Assembly (NCBI GenBank): GCA_038858525.1
Contig: JAWCFL010000015.1
Location: 15,623 to 47,622 of the forward strand
Length of the DNA: 32,000 nt
Direction of reading: 5' to 3'
Source of the DNA: Candidatus Jordarchaeales archaeon
GTDB taxonomy: Archaea > Asgardarchaeota > Jordiarchaeia > Jordiarchaeales > Freyrarchaeaceae
Part shown: piece by piece, positions 9,276 to 18,756 of the stretch
How positions within the stretch are numbered: position 1 is the stretch's first letter
Layout of the letters: each line of letters begins with the position of its first letter
Translations under genes and position numbers: made by a program
The notes under the pieces: generated by a model
Seen by the model: only the letters and a program-made list of their open reading frames with translations
What the model was told of the DNA's origin: nothing
Database searches by the model: none

Positions 9276-9585
9276 GTGAGGTCTCTTAGCGAAGTTATAG
9301 AGGTTATCAGGAGGCATAGGGAGGAGCTTAGAGAGCGGTATGGTGTTAAGGAGATGGGTTTTTGCTCCCTTGTTAGAGGAAAGAGTGATGTCGACATACT
9401 TGTCGAATTTGAGAAGCCTATCAGCTCTTCAATTTTCTCGGGCTGGAGGATTACCTCAGCAGCTTGATGAGTGGAAGGGCGGACCTCTTTTCCAAGAAGG
9501 CGCTGAAGTCGCACATCGAAAAACACATCTTTAAAGAGGTCGTAATTGTATGAAGATGAAAGGAGACGTTAGGGATTATGTGTTG
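9276..9585 (+). pseudogene. Frameshifted MNT (minimal nucleotidyltransferase) antitoxin followed by a short stub of a DUF86/HEPN toxin
   Basis: MRSLSEVIEVIRRHREELRERYGVKEMGF..VRGKSDVDILVEFEKP, then in another frame LFNFLGLEDYLSSLMSGRADL...EVVIV* ending at 9553. An ATGA-overlapped MKMKGDVRDYV then loses similarity. Confidence 0.8.
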
Positions 9586-9805
9586 CGCGCTGTCATTCAT
9601 TCAAGAGACCGAGGTGGAGGGTGCGTTTGCGCTTTCCGTGGTAAGTTTTTATTTTTTAGATGCTTTTGTATATGATGCATATTTTGTGTGTAATGTATAT
9701 TTTGTTGGTTTGGTGGTGTTTTTGTCTACTGTTAGGATAAGTGATGATAATAAGATGGTTCTTGTATTGGTTAATTCTAGGATTAGGGAGATGTTTTGAA
9801 GGAAA

Positions 9806-10359
9806 ATGAGTGTTGATGGAGATGATACGTTTTTGGCGGAGTTGTTTCTTAGGAGGGGGAGTAGTGTGATGGATTTTTCGGTGTGTTGAGGGATTTGGAT
9901 GTTGGGGAGCTGAACTCCCTTTTGAGGGTTGAGCGGGAGGGTGAGGAGGAGAGGTTGAGGAGGCTTGAGGGAGAGAGTGGTTGTTGATGCTGGTGCGTGG
10001 CTGGAGTTTTTCGCTGGGAGTAGTGTTGGGGGGGAAGCTGGTGGGCCTCATTGAAGGCGCGGAGGTGTATGTTCCAGCTTTAGTTGTTTCTGAGCTTTTC
10101 TATGTCCTCTGCAGGAAGGTGGGGGGAGGAGCGCGCAGCAGAAATCGTTAGGAGGTTCGTTGATTCTGTGAAGGTTGTTAGTGATGTGGGTTTGTTCTTG
10201 GAGGCTGATGGTCAAGTGTAAGGCTCCCATAGCCCTGGCTGATTGCAGCGTGCTTGTTCTGGCGTCCATGGGGGGTGGAAAGGCGGTTTTCAGGAGAAGG
10301 AGAAGGAGCTGGAGAAGGCTGAAAGGAAAAAACCACTAAAAAAGGGTAGAGTACCTTGA
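9806..10359 (+). pseudogene. Decayed VapBC pair: antitoxin remnant plus a PIN toxin with at least four frameshifts
   Basis: From TTG 9965 the pieces read RERVVVDAGAWLEFFAG / KLVGLIEGAEVYVP / LVVSELFYVLCRK / ERAAEIVRRFVDSVKVV / KCKAPIALADCSVLVLA. Several shifts fall in G or T runs. The upstream frame ...RVEREGEEERLRRLEGESGC* overlaps the toxin start. Confidence 0.75.
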
Positions 10360-10476
10360 ACAAGACCAGTAATCAAGTGAGGGCTACAAGTGTTGCGCTC
10401 GTTGTTTCATTAATTTCTGGCGACAAAAGAAACGTTAATTGTGGTGCTGTGTATATGTTGGGTTTGGGTGTTGATT

Positions 10477-10702
10477 GTGATTAGAAAAGTTCGTCTTGAG
10501 AATTTTGGGGGTGTGGCTGAGGGGGTTGTTGAGGGGGGCTGAGCAGATGACTTTGCTTGTTGGTAGGAATGGTGCTGGTAAGTCTACATGTTGGAGGAAT
10601 TGTATCTCGTGTCGGGTGCGTCCAGCGTCTCGACGGGGTGAAGGGAGTAGTATATTGGATTACGTTGTAGGTAGGAGAGGGTGTCGGGGTTATATGGAAT
10701 AA
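10477..10702 (+). pseudogene. N-terminal remnant of an AAA/ABC-like ATPase (AAA_15/AAA_21-like)
   Basis: MIRKVRLENFGGVAEGVV, a frameshift in a G run, then Walker A LLVGRNGAGKST. More shifts and a stop follow, with no Walker B half seen. Confidence 0.7.
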
Positions 10703-11024
10703 GGATAGGCGCGTTCTCTGGTATTTGGAGAAGTTGAGAAAACAGGTCAGGATAGAGCGTGGACGTTGATAGTGTTGTCTATGATTTTCAGATACTCGAT
10801 GATGAATGAAGAGGGAGCTGTACGCTGCGTGGCAAACGGGTTTCGGATGTCGACATTTTTCCGGTGAGTCGTGGCGGGAGACTTGCTCGATGTTTTGGTT
10901 TCCTTTGTATAAAGCGCCATAACAGTTTGGCGGCAGCGCATCGCTAGGGAAAAGGGTGGTTTCTACGGTTAACTCAACAAGAATTCGCTTGTTGGGATAA
11001 TTTTTGGGGGGATTAACTTGTTTT

Positions 11025-11960
11025 TTACTTTTTTCTTTTTGCGATGCCTGACCATGAAGCTTGGTTTAGGCCTCTCTTCCTTGCGGCTTCTGTTAGGAGG
11101 TCCATTTTTTCCTCGGTTATCAGGTCGTCGTTTTCGAATTCCCAGCTTATGCCTAGCCTCTTGTACTTTTTAAGGCAGGCTTTATTAAAGGCTAATAATT
11201 CGTATCTTTCAGCTGTAGGAAGATTTTCTCTTATGAAGTCTGCAATTTTTTCGATGTTTTTTGCATCGTCCGTGTATCGTGGGATGATGGGGGTCCGAGC
11301 CCAAATAGGCTTGCCTAGTTCAGCTATTCTTTTGGCGTTTGTTAATACGAGGCTGAGTGGGACCCCGAGACACTTTAAGTGCTTCTCTTCATCCATTAGC
11401 TTTATGTCGAGTATTACGAGTTCCGTGTTTTTCACTACGGGTTCTAGAAGCCTCCAATCGACCCCCAAACTTGTTTCGACGGCTGTGTGAATGCCCTTTT
11501 TCCTGAGTTCTTTAAGTAGGTTGGTTGAAAATTCGGATTGAATTGCTGGCTCTCCTCCGGAAAGCGTTACACCGCCTCCGGATTTCTCATAGAACACTTC
11601 ATCTCTAAGAAGTATCGAGACAACCTCGTCCACCGTGTATTGTTTTCCGTAGATTTCGAGGGCGCCAGCTGGGCATGCTTCTACGCATTTTCCGCAGTAA
11701 CTGCATCTATCTCTTAGTATTTCTATTCCATTTCGCCCCGTTTTTATGGCTTCACTGGGACATATTTTAGCGCATTTGCCATCCTTGATGCAGAGTTCTT
11801 CATACCAGACTATTTCAGGGTGCATTTTTATGCCCTCTGGATTTTGACACCAGGGACATTTCATTCTGCAACCCTTTAGGAAAACAGTCGTCCTGATCCC
11901 GGGGCCGTCTTCAGTGCAATGACGCTGTATATTGAAAATAAGACCAGTATCTGGATTCAT
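11025..11960 (-). CDS. Glycyl-radical enzyme activating enzyme (radical SAM with a 2x[4Fe-4S] ferredoxin insert)
   Basis: IFNIQR..EDGPGIRTTVFLKGCRMKCPWCQNPEG (CxxxCxxC), CSYCGKCVEACP, GGVTLSGGEP. Directly downstream of the GRE. Confidence 0.95.
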   Translation of the reverse strand: MNPDTGLIFNIQRHCTEDGPGIRTTVFLKGCRMKCPWCQNPEGIKMHPEIVWYEELCIKDGKCAKICPSEAIKTGRNGIEILRDRCSYCGKCVEACPAGALEIYGKQYTVDEVVSILLRDEVFYEKSGGGVTLSGGEPAIQSEFSTNLLKELRKKGIHTAVETSLGVDWRLLEPVVKNTELVILDIKLMDEEKHLKCLGVPLSLVLTNAKRIAELGKPIWARTPIIPRYTDDAKNIEKIADFIRENLPTAERYELLAFNKACLKKYKRLGISWEFENDDLITEEKMDLLTEAARKRGLNQASWSGIAKRKK

Positions 11961-12006
11961 TCAATCACCAAACAGATAAAAGGTGAGAAAAAAGAAAATT
12001 AGGGGG

Positions 12007-14532
12007 TTACGCTTCATATTCGAAGCGGGCTATTATTTCGTCTTGTAGGACTTTCGGTAGGTCTACGAATCTGAAGGAGTATCCGGAGACTTTGACTACC
12101 AGGTCGGGGTATTTTTCTGGGTGCTTCTGGGCGTCTAGCAGTGTTTCTTTGCTTAGGGGGTTGAATTGAACCATTCTGCATCCCAGCTCGAAGGCTGCCT
12201 CGATTAAGGATGCAAACTTTTCCAGTCCCTCGCTGCTCTTTATTGTTGCCGGGTTGAGGTTTAGTGTTAGTGATGTCCCGTCGCTCTGGTTGGCTTTTGA
12301 CACTACCGCTGCCGATTTCAAAACAGCGGTGAGACCGTTTTTCGCTGTTCCATCCACCGGGTTGATCCCGATCGCGACCGGATTGTACGCCAGTCTTCCA
12401 TCAGGTGTCGCTCCTATCAGTTTTCCTTCTAGGATCTGAGTGCCTGAAACCGAGATAAGGCACGTTCTGTGGGGGCCTCCCATCCAGCACATTCTTTTTC
12501 TTGCCTCTCTGTCGAGGACTTTTGCTGCCCAGAGAGCTAGCTCGTCCACGTATGGGTCGTCGTTTCCGTATTTTGGTGCTTTAAGTAGAATTTGTCTGAC
12601 CTCCTCAGAGTCCTTGAAGTTGCTTCTGAGGGCTGATAATAGCTCTTGCATAGTGATGAGTTTCTTGTCGAATACCGCCCACTTGATTGCGGCTAGTGAA
12701 TTGGCTATCGTCGCTATTCCCTGAGCGCTGACATTGGAGTGGTTGTATTTGGCTCCCCCACTCGTGAAGTCCTTAGCTGACTCTATGCATCCTTCAATCG
12801 TTGCTGAAAGAATCGGCACCGGGTAGTTTTCTGCGATTATCATGTCTTTTATGTAGGATTTCCTTACGCATAGGTCTACCGCGTATTCAATTTGCTTCTC
12901 GAAGGCTTTCAGCACGTCCTCGAATCTTTCAAAGTTCGTCGGTGTTTCGGCTCCAACTTGCTTCCAGCCGAGTATGTGTAGTCGGCCGCCGTTTAAGGCT
13001 GCCTCTAAGACGGAGGGCAGCCGGATGCATTGCCCGGAAGTGTATCCGTTGTTGTTTCCGCTTCCCGTTGGCTCCACACACCCCACGATCGAATAGTCGC
13101 GGGCGTCTTCTATTAGGTAGCCGTCAGCCACGAGGCCTCTAATTATCGTGGTGTCATTGTGGAACGCCACTCCGCCTGTTACGCGGTAAACTTCCGCTGC
13201 TTTAAGCAGGAAGTCGCGTGGGGTGTTGGGTGCGACCCTAACAGCTAGTCCGGTGCGGCCACACCCTCTTAACCTTTTTAGCGCCTCTATGAATAGGTAA
13301 CTGACATCATTTACGGCGCAGTTGCCATTTCTGTCAACCCCACCGATGGTTATGTTGTTCGGGCCGAAGTAGATGTCCTGTGCAACCTTTATGAGGTACT
13401 CCATAAGGAGCTCCAGCGCTTTTTCCGGCGTTATTCTGCCACTTTCAACATCTTGCTTGTAGTAGGGGTATAAGTATTGGTCTACCCTGCCTGGGGCTAT
13501 TATCATTTCTCCTCCGTATGCTATTGCCATGACGACTTGGGTGAACCAGATGGCTTGTAGAGCCTCAACGAATGTTGAGGGTGGTTCTGCGGGTACCCGT
13601 CTAATTCGTTTAGCGACCTCTAGGAGTTCACGTCTCCTCTCGTCGCCCGCCTTTGATGCTAAGTCTTCAGCAAGCACAGCAAATCTCTCTGCAAATTCGC
13701 AGACAGCTTCAGCAGACACTATCACGGCTTCCAGGAAGTCTTTAGCTTTTTTGAATTCTTCAGAGTCTTCTGGGAGGCTCTTTCTTAGCTCCTCTAACCT
13801 CTCTTGTGCCTGTCGCGCGATCCCCCTGAAGCCTAAGTCAAGCACTTTCTTTGTCCCAATAGTGATATGTCCTTGCATCGGCGTAACTGCTACAAGACAA
13901 TCCATGTCGTATGGCGCTGACCAGATGAACTTGTATTTCTCAACGAACTCGTCTGGAATCTTTATGGGCTCGCCCAGCAATCCCTCTTCAGCAAATTTCC
14001 TCGTTATGAGCGCCGAAACTGACCGCTCCCGCCAGTAGGGTATAATTTCCGTGGTTAACAGTCGAAATTCTTCGTCTGAGAGGGATTTAGCTAATTCCAT
14101 TAACCTCTCTGCGGAGAGGCTTCCAATCCCATCCTGGAAAGCCTCCTTAATTTTTTCTGGATTGTTTCGAAACAGCAATGGCATCAATATCTCTCTTGAA
14201 GCCGGCCCAAATACCTCAACACCTAATGGGATTCCTCCTCTTTTTCCCGCCCAGCAACCCACTATAAGTTCCTCGTCTTCAATTCTAATACTCATGTTCC
14301 TTAATGTTTCACGAAAAGCCATCGCTGCACGCATACAAGGACCTATGGGTTGACTTTCAGTAGCCTTGTACACCCGCGTATACCACAACATTCTTTCGAT
14401 GTCGGTTTGAAGCGGCGTATTCAAAACCTTCTCTTTATATTTCCTGATCCTTTCAGGAACGCCGGCTTCTACTTCCTCTCCCTTTACAACAGTCCCCCTA
14501 CAAACAGTTTCTACAACTTTTTCCGTTCCCAT
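12007..14532 (-). CDS. Glycyl-radical enzyme of the PFL2/CutC/diol dehydratase-like eliminase branch; substrate unknown
   Basis: 841 aa with Cys loop IVGCVEP, Gly loop LVVKVSGYS, GRVDQYLYPYY, KYGNDDPYVD and ATPDGR. Confidence 0.93.
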   Translation of the reverse strand: MGTEKVVETVCRGTVVKGEEVEAGVPERIRKYKEKVLNTPLQTDIERMLWYTRVYKATESQPIGPCMRAAMAFRETLRNMSIRIEDEELIVGCWAGKRGGIPLGVEVFGPASREILMPLLFRNNPEKIKEAFQDGIGSLSAERLMELAKSLSDEEFRLLTTEIIPYWRERSVSALITRKFAEEGLLGEPIKIPDEFVEKYKFIWSAPYDMDCLVAVTPMQGHITIGTKKVLDLGFRGIARQAQERLEELRKSLPEDSEEFKKAKDFLEAVIVSAEAVCEFAERFAVLAEDLASKAGDERRRELLEVAKRIRRVPAEPPSTFVEALQAIWFTQVVMAIAYGGEMIIAPGRVDQYLYPYYKQDVESGRITPEKALELLMEYLIKVAQDIYFGPNNITIGGVDRNGNCAVNDVSYLFIEALKRLRGCGRTGLAVRVAPNTPRDFLLKAAEVYRVTGGVAFHNDTTIIRGLVADGYLIEDARDYSIVGCVEPTGSGNNNGYTSGQCIRLPSVLEAALNGGRLHILGWKQVGAETPTNFERFEDVLKAFEKQIEYAVDLCVRKSYIKDMIIAENYPVPILSATIEGCIESAKDFTSGGAKYNHSNVSAQGIATIANSLAAIKWAVFDKKLITMQELLSALRSNFKDSEEVRQILLKAPKYGNDDPYVDELALWAAKVLDREARKRMCWMGGPHRTCLISVSGTQILEGKLIGATPDGRLAYNPVAIGINPVDGTAKNGLTAVLKSAAVVSKANQSDGTSLTLNLNPATIKSSEGLEKFASLIEAAFELGCRMVQFNPLSKETLLDAQKHPEKYPDLVVKVSGYSFRFVDLPKVLQDEIIARFEYEA

Positions 14533-14696
14533 CCTCTCCCTTCATTTATTTCGTATCTTCCTTCCCCCAAGAGAATAAACGGTCCTTGGAGGCTTAAAAA
14601 TTTGTTTTTCAATTCTTGACCACTTTGGTTCAACAAAGATTTTTAAAGGTAAAACGGCGGTTAGAATAGGAGGAGCTTAATAAGGGGGAGGGGAAC

Positions 14697-14929
14697 ATGA
14701 AAACAGATTTTTTATGTTTTTGGAGGCGTAAGGGCTGACGTGATGTTCTGGTTGTGGTTGATGATTCACTTGACTCATTCGAGGTTAGGAGAAGGCTGAG
14801 TGACGTGTCTTTAACATCCTCATCGAGGAAGGAGAGCTGATTTCTGTTTTAGCGGTGCCAGAGAGCGTCTTCAGAAATTATAAGTCTCCATTCATGCTGA
14901 ATGTGAAGGAAGAGGGAATAAGGGTATGA
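14697..14929 (+). pseudogene. Decayed MNT nucleotidyltransferase
   Basis: YVFGGVRAD / DVLVVVDDSLDSFEVRRRLSDVS / FNILIEEGELISVLAVPESVFRNYKSPFMLNVKEEGIRV*, spread over three frames. Confidence 0.65.
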
Positions 14930-15110
14930 TTGAACTTTCCCACCTTGTAAGAAAAGGCGGAAAAGTTCTTGGAAATCATGAAGCTTGCGTTTAATTCCGG
15001 GGACTACGACTCCTGCGTCTCAAGGTGCTACTTATACGACGTTCTTTATTGTTGAGGCTGTTTTGCTTAACAAGGGTTTGAGAGCAACTTCTAATAAGGG
15101 GTCCATGGTG
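14926..15110 (+). pseudogene. Decayed and truncated HEPN (UPF0332-like) partner
   Basis: ATGA overlap, then MIELSHLVRK / AEKFLEIMKLAFNSGDYDSCVSRCY / TTFFIVEAVLLNKGLRATSNKG, matching the HEPN N-terminus with frameshifts. Confidence 0.65.
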
Positions 15111-15164
15111 GAGAGTTTTTGTTTTTGTGTTGTTTGTTTTGTTTCAGTAAGTTTTTAGGGTTGT

Positions 15165-15677
15165 GTGTTTTTGTTTTGTGTGGTGGTTTATTTGGTTTTG
15201 GGTCCTTATGCGCGTGTTTTGGATAGGCTTGTTGAGTGCCTGAGGGAGCGCTTTAACCTTGTTAGTGTGGTTGTTTTTGGGTCTGTGGCGAGGGGGGATT
15301 TCAGGAGCGATAGTGACGTTGATGTTTTGATTGTGGCTGACAACTTGCCTGACAGGTACGAGCGATTTAAGATTTTCGATGACGTGGAGAAGTGCTTGGA
15401 GGATGACCTGAATGAATTGAGGAGAGCTGGGTTTAGCGCCTTCATTAACCCGATCATTAAGTCTGTTGAGGAGGCTAGCAGGGTCTCCCCCCTCTACTTG
15501 GACATGGTTGAGGACGCCGTCATACTTTATGATAGGAATGGCTTCTTTGGGAAGGTTCTTGACAGGCTTAGGGGGAGGCTGAGGGAGCTTGGGGCTAAGC
15601 GGGTGCGCTTGGGGAAGAAGTGGTACTGGATTTTGAAGGAAAACTATCGTTTTGGGGAGGTCATAGAGATTGAATAA
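15165..15677 (+). CDS. MNT nucleotidyltransferase-domain protein (antitoxin); true start probably slightly downstream
   Basis: VVVFGSVARGDFRSDSDVDVLIV (GSx10DxD); overlaps the HEPN gene. Confidence 0.88.
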   Translation: MFLFCVVVYLVLGPYARVLDRLVECLRERFNLVSVVVFGSVARGDFRSDSDVDVLIVADNLPDRYERFKIFDDVEKCLEDDLNELRRAGFSAFINPIIKSVEEASRVSPLYLDMVEDAVILYDRNGFFGKVLDRLRGRLRELGAKRVRLGKKWYWILKENYRFGEVIEIE

Positions 15678-16095
15678 CGTGGAGATGGCGGCCTCATACC
15701 TGGAGGAGGCCTTGAGAAGAGTTAGGGTGGCTGAGTGGTCTCTCAGTGAGGGGGCTTACGCCTATTGCATCAGGCAGTCGCAGGAGGCTGTGGAGCTGGC
15801 GTTGAAGGCGGCATTGAGAATGGTGGGAGTCGAGCCCCCAAAGTGGCACGACGTCGGCCCGGTCCTACTAGAGAGCCGTGGACGCTTCCCGAAGTGGTTT
15901 GACGAGAAAATAGACGAGCTTGCGTCAACGTCGAGGTGGCTTAGGCGTGAGAGGGAGCCTAGCATGTATGGCGACGAGGAGAGCGGCCTACCTCCGCAAA
16001 GACTTTACACGAAAACCTACGCGGAGAGAGCACTCAACGAGGCGAGAAACACTGTCGAGTTCGTCCGCAGGCTAATTCGAGGGGGAACCGGGTGA
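15670..16095 (+). CDS. HEPN-domain protein
   Basis: CIRQSQEAVELALKAALR..G.EPPKWHDVG and R...E.SMYG motifs; paired with the MNT. Confidence 0.88.
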   Translation: MNNVEMAASYLEEALRRVRVAEWSLSEGAYAYCIRQSQEAVELALKAALRMVGVEPPKWHDVGPVLLESRGRFPKWFDEKIDELASTSRWLRREREPSMYGDEESGLPPQRLYTKTYAERALNEARNTVEFVRRLIRGGTG

Positions 16096-16186
16096 CTGAG
16101 CTGAGCACTCCCGATGACCTTTCGTCAAAACAAGGACCTATGTTTTTCAGAGAATAAGAAAAAAGGTTGTTTGGCTGTGTTGCTGG

Positions 16187-16609
16187 TTATTTCTGTTTTT
16201 TCTTTGCCACTTTTACAGTTCCTTCGTCCGCGTCTACTATTACGTGGTCTCCTGTTTCTATTGCTTCGAGAGGGTTCTTATCTAGGTTATCTATGAAGGG
16301 TATTTGTGCGAGTATCGCTCCTGTTAGGAGTATTTCTTCGCTTTTCACGTTGATTATGGCTGCCGGCGCTGTGCCACGCTTCTTCATAGCGTAAACTGCG
16401 AAGGGGTTGTATGTTGTCCCCTTCCCGTAGGGAAATACAAGAACTTTTCCCTTGACGCTTTTCCCTTCCAGTTCGTGCCCTTTCTCGATCACTATCCCAG
16501 TGTTCGGGTCTACGCCTCCGACGAAGGATATTGGCTGCCTTGAGACCAGTGCTTCTCCTTCAGCCTTCCCTCCAACCAGCCCACGACCCTTCAAAATCAA
16601 GCTCATCAT
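16187..16609 (-). CDS. Aconitase X (AcnX) small/swivel subunit, DUF126
   Basis: GRGLVGGKAEGEALVSRQPISFVGGVDPNTG...VLVFPYGKGTT. The ATG at 16609 overlaps the large-subunit stop (ATGA). Confidence 0.9.
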   Translation of the reverse strand: MMSLILKGRGLVGGKAEGEALVSRQPISFVGGVDPNTGIVIEKGHELEGKSVKGKVLVFPYGKGTTYNPFAVYAMKKRGTAPAAIINVKSEEILLTGAILAQIPFIDNLDKNPLEAIETGDHVIVDADEGTVKVAKKKQK

Positions 16610-17844
16610 TTCCCCCTCCACTCCCCTGTTATTGCTGCCTGTATGCATTCACGCGTGCTCCCATAAAGGTGTTCAACCCCTGGAGCATAGTAAGCTGACC
16701 TCGGAGAGTTTGTAGCTACAACTTTAACTCCTCTCGCAGCGAATGGAGCGCCGGGCCCCATGCAGATGTTAGTAACGACGAGGCCGCCTGCTTTCTCAAT
16801 TGTCTGCGTCCACCCGGCTTTGTCAGCTACGACCTTAACCTGGTACGATGTTCCAACCCAGAGCTTTACACCATCATGCACCTTTTTGCCCTCCAGCATG
16901 CTGGCTATCTCCCTTATCTCGCTATACGTTAGGTGGGGGCAGCCGAAGTTCACCATGTCAACGCGGTCCCCGCCAGTGGTAGAGATTTCATTATACGCCG
17001 CCCTTACGTCCGATGCATCGACCTGGATCTTTTCAGGCCTCTCTCCTCCGCATGCCTCCTCGAGCGTCGGGGCCTCGGGGGTCAAACCGGGTATGTGGAA
17101 CATGGGTATAGCTCCGCTGACGTGGAGCGGTGAGGCGATAGCCCTAAGCTGCTCTAAGCTGAGCTTTTTCGGGAGGCCAACGAGCGCAGGGATCTCTGTG
17201 CCTACGATTTTCCCTACGTGGAATGCTAGAGCTCCCCAGTCGGCGTCGCTGAGCTCTTTAAAGTCGAGCTTGCTGCAGTCGACCACGATGCGTGCCTTTC
17301 TGTTCTCCTTTAACAAGAGCCCATACTCGGGTGCCCTCCCTGTGATCGCAACACAGTAGTTTGTCACTATTCCATCCATGTTTCCGCGCGCTCCGAGGAC
17401 GGAGTTCGCGAAAACCACTCCGGCGGAACCGGTCCACGAGAAGACGTCGCCCGGCATGAGGAAGTCTCCGAGAAGGTACTGGATACATGTGCCCATAGGT
17501 ATGACTCCCATCTTGAGGGAGTAGCTGAAGATCTGCTCTGCAAGCTGCTTTATCTCCGGCGAGTTCCCGTATATGGTGCCGACCTCTTCCCAGTGCTCGT
17601 AGTCTATGCCCCAGGGGTGCCTCGTCGTGAAGCACCTGAAGCGCGCACCGCCCTGAATCAGCTTCTCATACCACTCGACCTCCTCTAGGAACAGGCCGGC
17701 GGCAACGTGCGCACTCTTTGCCTCAACCATCCTCTCCGCACCGTAAGCCTCGGCAACTTTCACAAGTATCCTCATAGCTTCCTGAGCCGCGGCCCCATAC
17801 TCCCCGTCAAACATTCTTTCTTCTTCCTTCGTGAGGAAAACCAC
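16606..17844 (-). CDS. Aconitase X (AcnX) large catalytic subunit, DUF521, divergent
   Basis: LTKEEERMFDGEYG, GTC, FANSVLGAR, AITGRAPEYGL, MFHIPGLTPEA, FGCPH, NIC, TNSPRSAYY. Confidence 0.9.
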   Translation of the reverse strand: MVFLTKEEERMFDGEYGAAAQEAMRILVKVAEAYGAERMVEAKSAHVAAGLFLEEVEWYEKLIQGGARFRCFTTRHPWGIDYEHWEEVGTIYGNSPEIKQLAEQIFSYSLKMGVIPMGTCIQYLLGDFLMPGDVFSWTGSAGVVFANSVLGARGNMDGIVTNYCVAITGRAPEYGLLLKENRKARIVVDCSKLDFKELSDADWGALAFHVGKIVGTEIPALVGLPKKLSLEQLRAIASPLHVSGAIPMFHIPGLTPEAPTLEEACGGERPEKIQVDASDVRAAYNEISTTGGDRVDMVNFGCPHLTYSEIREIASMLEGKKVHDGVKLWVGTSYQVKVVADKAGWTQTIEKAGGLVVTNICMGPGAPFAARGVKVVATNSPRSAYYAPGVEHLYGSTRECIQAAITGEWRGK

Positions 17845-18100
17845 AGTCCTCCCTCCAACATAAGAATTACGAAGTAATCGAAGTTATTAAGGGTTTTTAA
17901 TAGAGGAGCAGCGCAATCCGAAACGCTTTGGCGGCTGGAGCACTGCAAGCTTCCTAAAAATTCCTGTTCTTTGGAAAGTTTAGAGCCAGCTGTACCTCTC
18001 AGCCATATCCACCTACAGAGATACTTGTTGAAGGCTCGGAAGGGTTGGCGGCGCCTAGCCTTTAGAAGGCATTTAGGTATTTTCATGCATATGTTCATGT

Positions 18101-18305
18101 ATGAAGAACATAATTGTGAGAGACGAGGTTTATAAGAAGCTGCAGAGGGGGGAAGGAGTCGTTTTCGGACGTCATTCTTAGGCTTATTGAGGGAAGCAGG
18201 ATGAGGAGCCTCGAGTTATTGGAGAGATATTCTGGAAGATTTGCGGACGGAGCTTGAACGGGTTGTAACTGAGGAGAGAAGGAGGTTTACAGTGAGAAAC
18301 ATTGA
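18101..18305 (+). pseudogene. Decayed VapB-type antitoxin
   Basis: MKNIIVRDEVYKKLQR / KESFSDVILRLIEG, broken at a G run; directly precedes the PIN gene. Confidence 0.65.
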
Positions 18306-18706
18306 TATTTGGCACATCCTTGGTTCTGAGGATTTTGAGGAACAGAGAGTTCTTTGAAAAGATAAGGGGGAGGATAGGCGAGGAGGTCAAGATAATGTTC
18401 ATAAGCGTATACGAGCTCCTGCGGGGGGCGGAGTATATTAAAGTTAGGTATGGGAGGACTACGAGTACGAGTTGGTCAAGAGGTTTGTGGGTGAGCTTAA
18501 TGTTCCACCGTTCACTGAAAAAACTCCGAGATCTCTGCAGTGATATGGGGAGGCTGAGAGAGAAGCGACGCGAGGCGAGTGACGCGGACATAATGACCTC
18601 CGCCATCAGCCTTAGGAGTGGAGAAAAGCTCCTCACCCTAAACGAGGATTTCAAGGCGATCAAGGAGGTTGATGAGGACTTCAAGGTTGAAGTGTTAAGG
18701 ACGTGA
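18302..18706 (+). pseudogene. vapC: Degraded VapC/PIN toxin; the ORF is open but has compensating internal frameshifts and has lost the first catalytic Asp
   Basis: MIFGTS where D is expected, ISVYELLRG, DADIM..AI...LLTLNEDF. The central segment looks PIN-like only in another frame (YEYELVKRFVGELNVPPFTE). Confidence 0.7.
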
Positions 18707-18756
18707 AATGATGCCGGCTTCCTGATTTATGCTGTTGAAGCAGATAACAGACCGCC

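Noticed and set aside
9212-10363. Pro/Ser/Thr/His-rich minus-strand ORFs (9212, 9656, 10048, 10178)
   Set aside because: Their composition reflects the reverse complement of G/T-rich + strand TA pseudogenes.
11044-14619. + strand ORFs opposite the GRE and activase
   Set aside because: Antisense shadows with no independent motifs.
12007-17844. Hydroxyproline catabolic island (HypD-like GRE plus cis-3-hydroxyproline AcnX)
   Set aside because: The GRE lacks the HypD active-site segment as I recall it, there is no P5C reductase or racemase nearby, and TA genes separate the two blocks.
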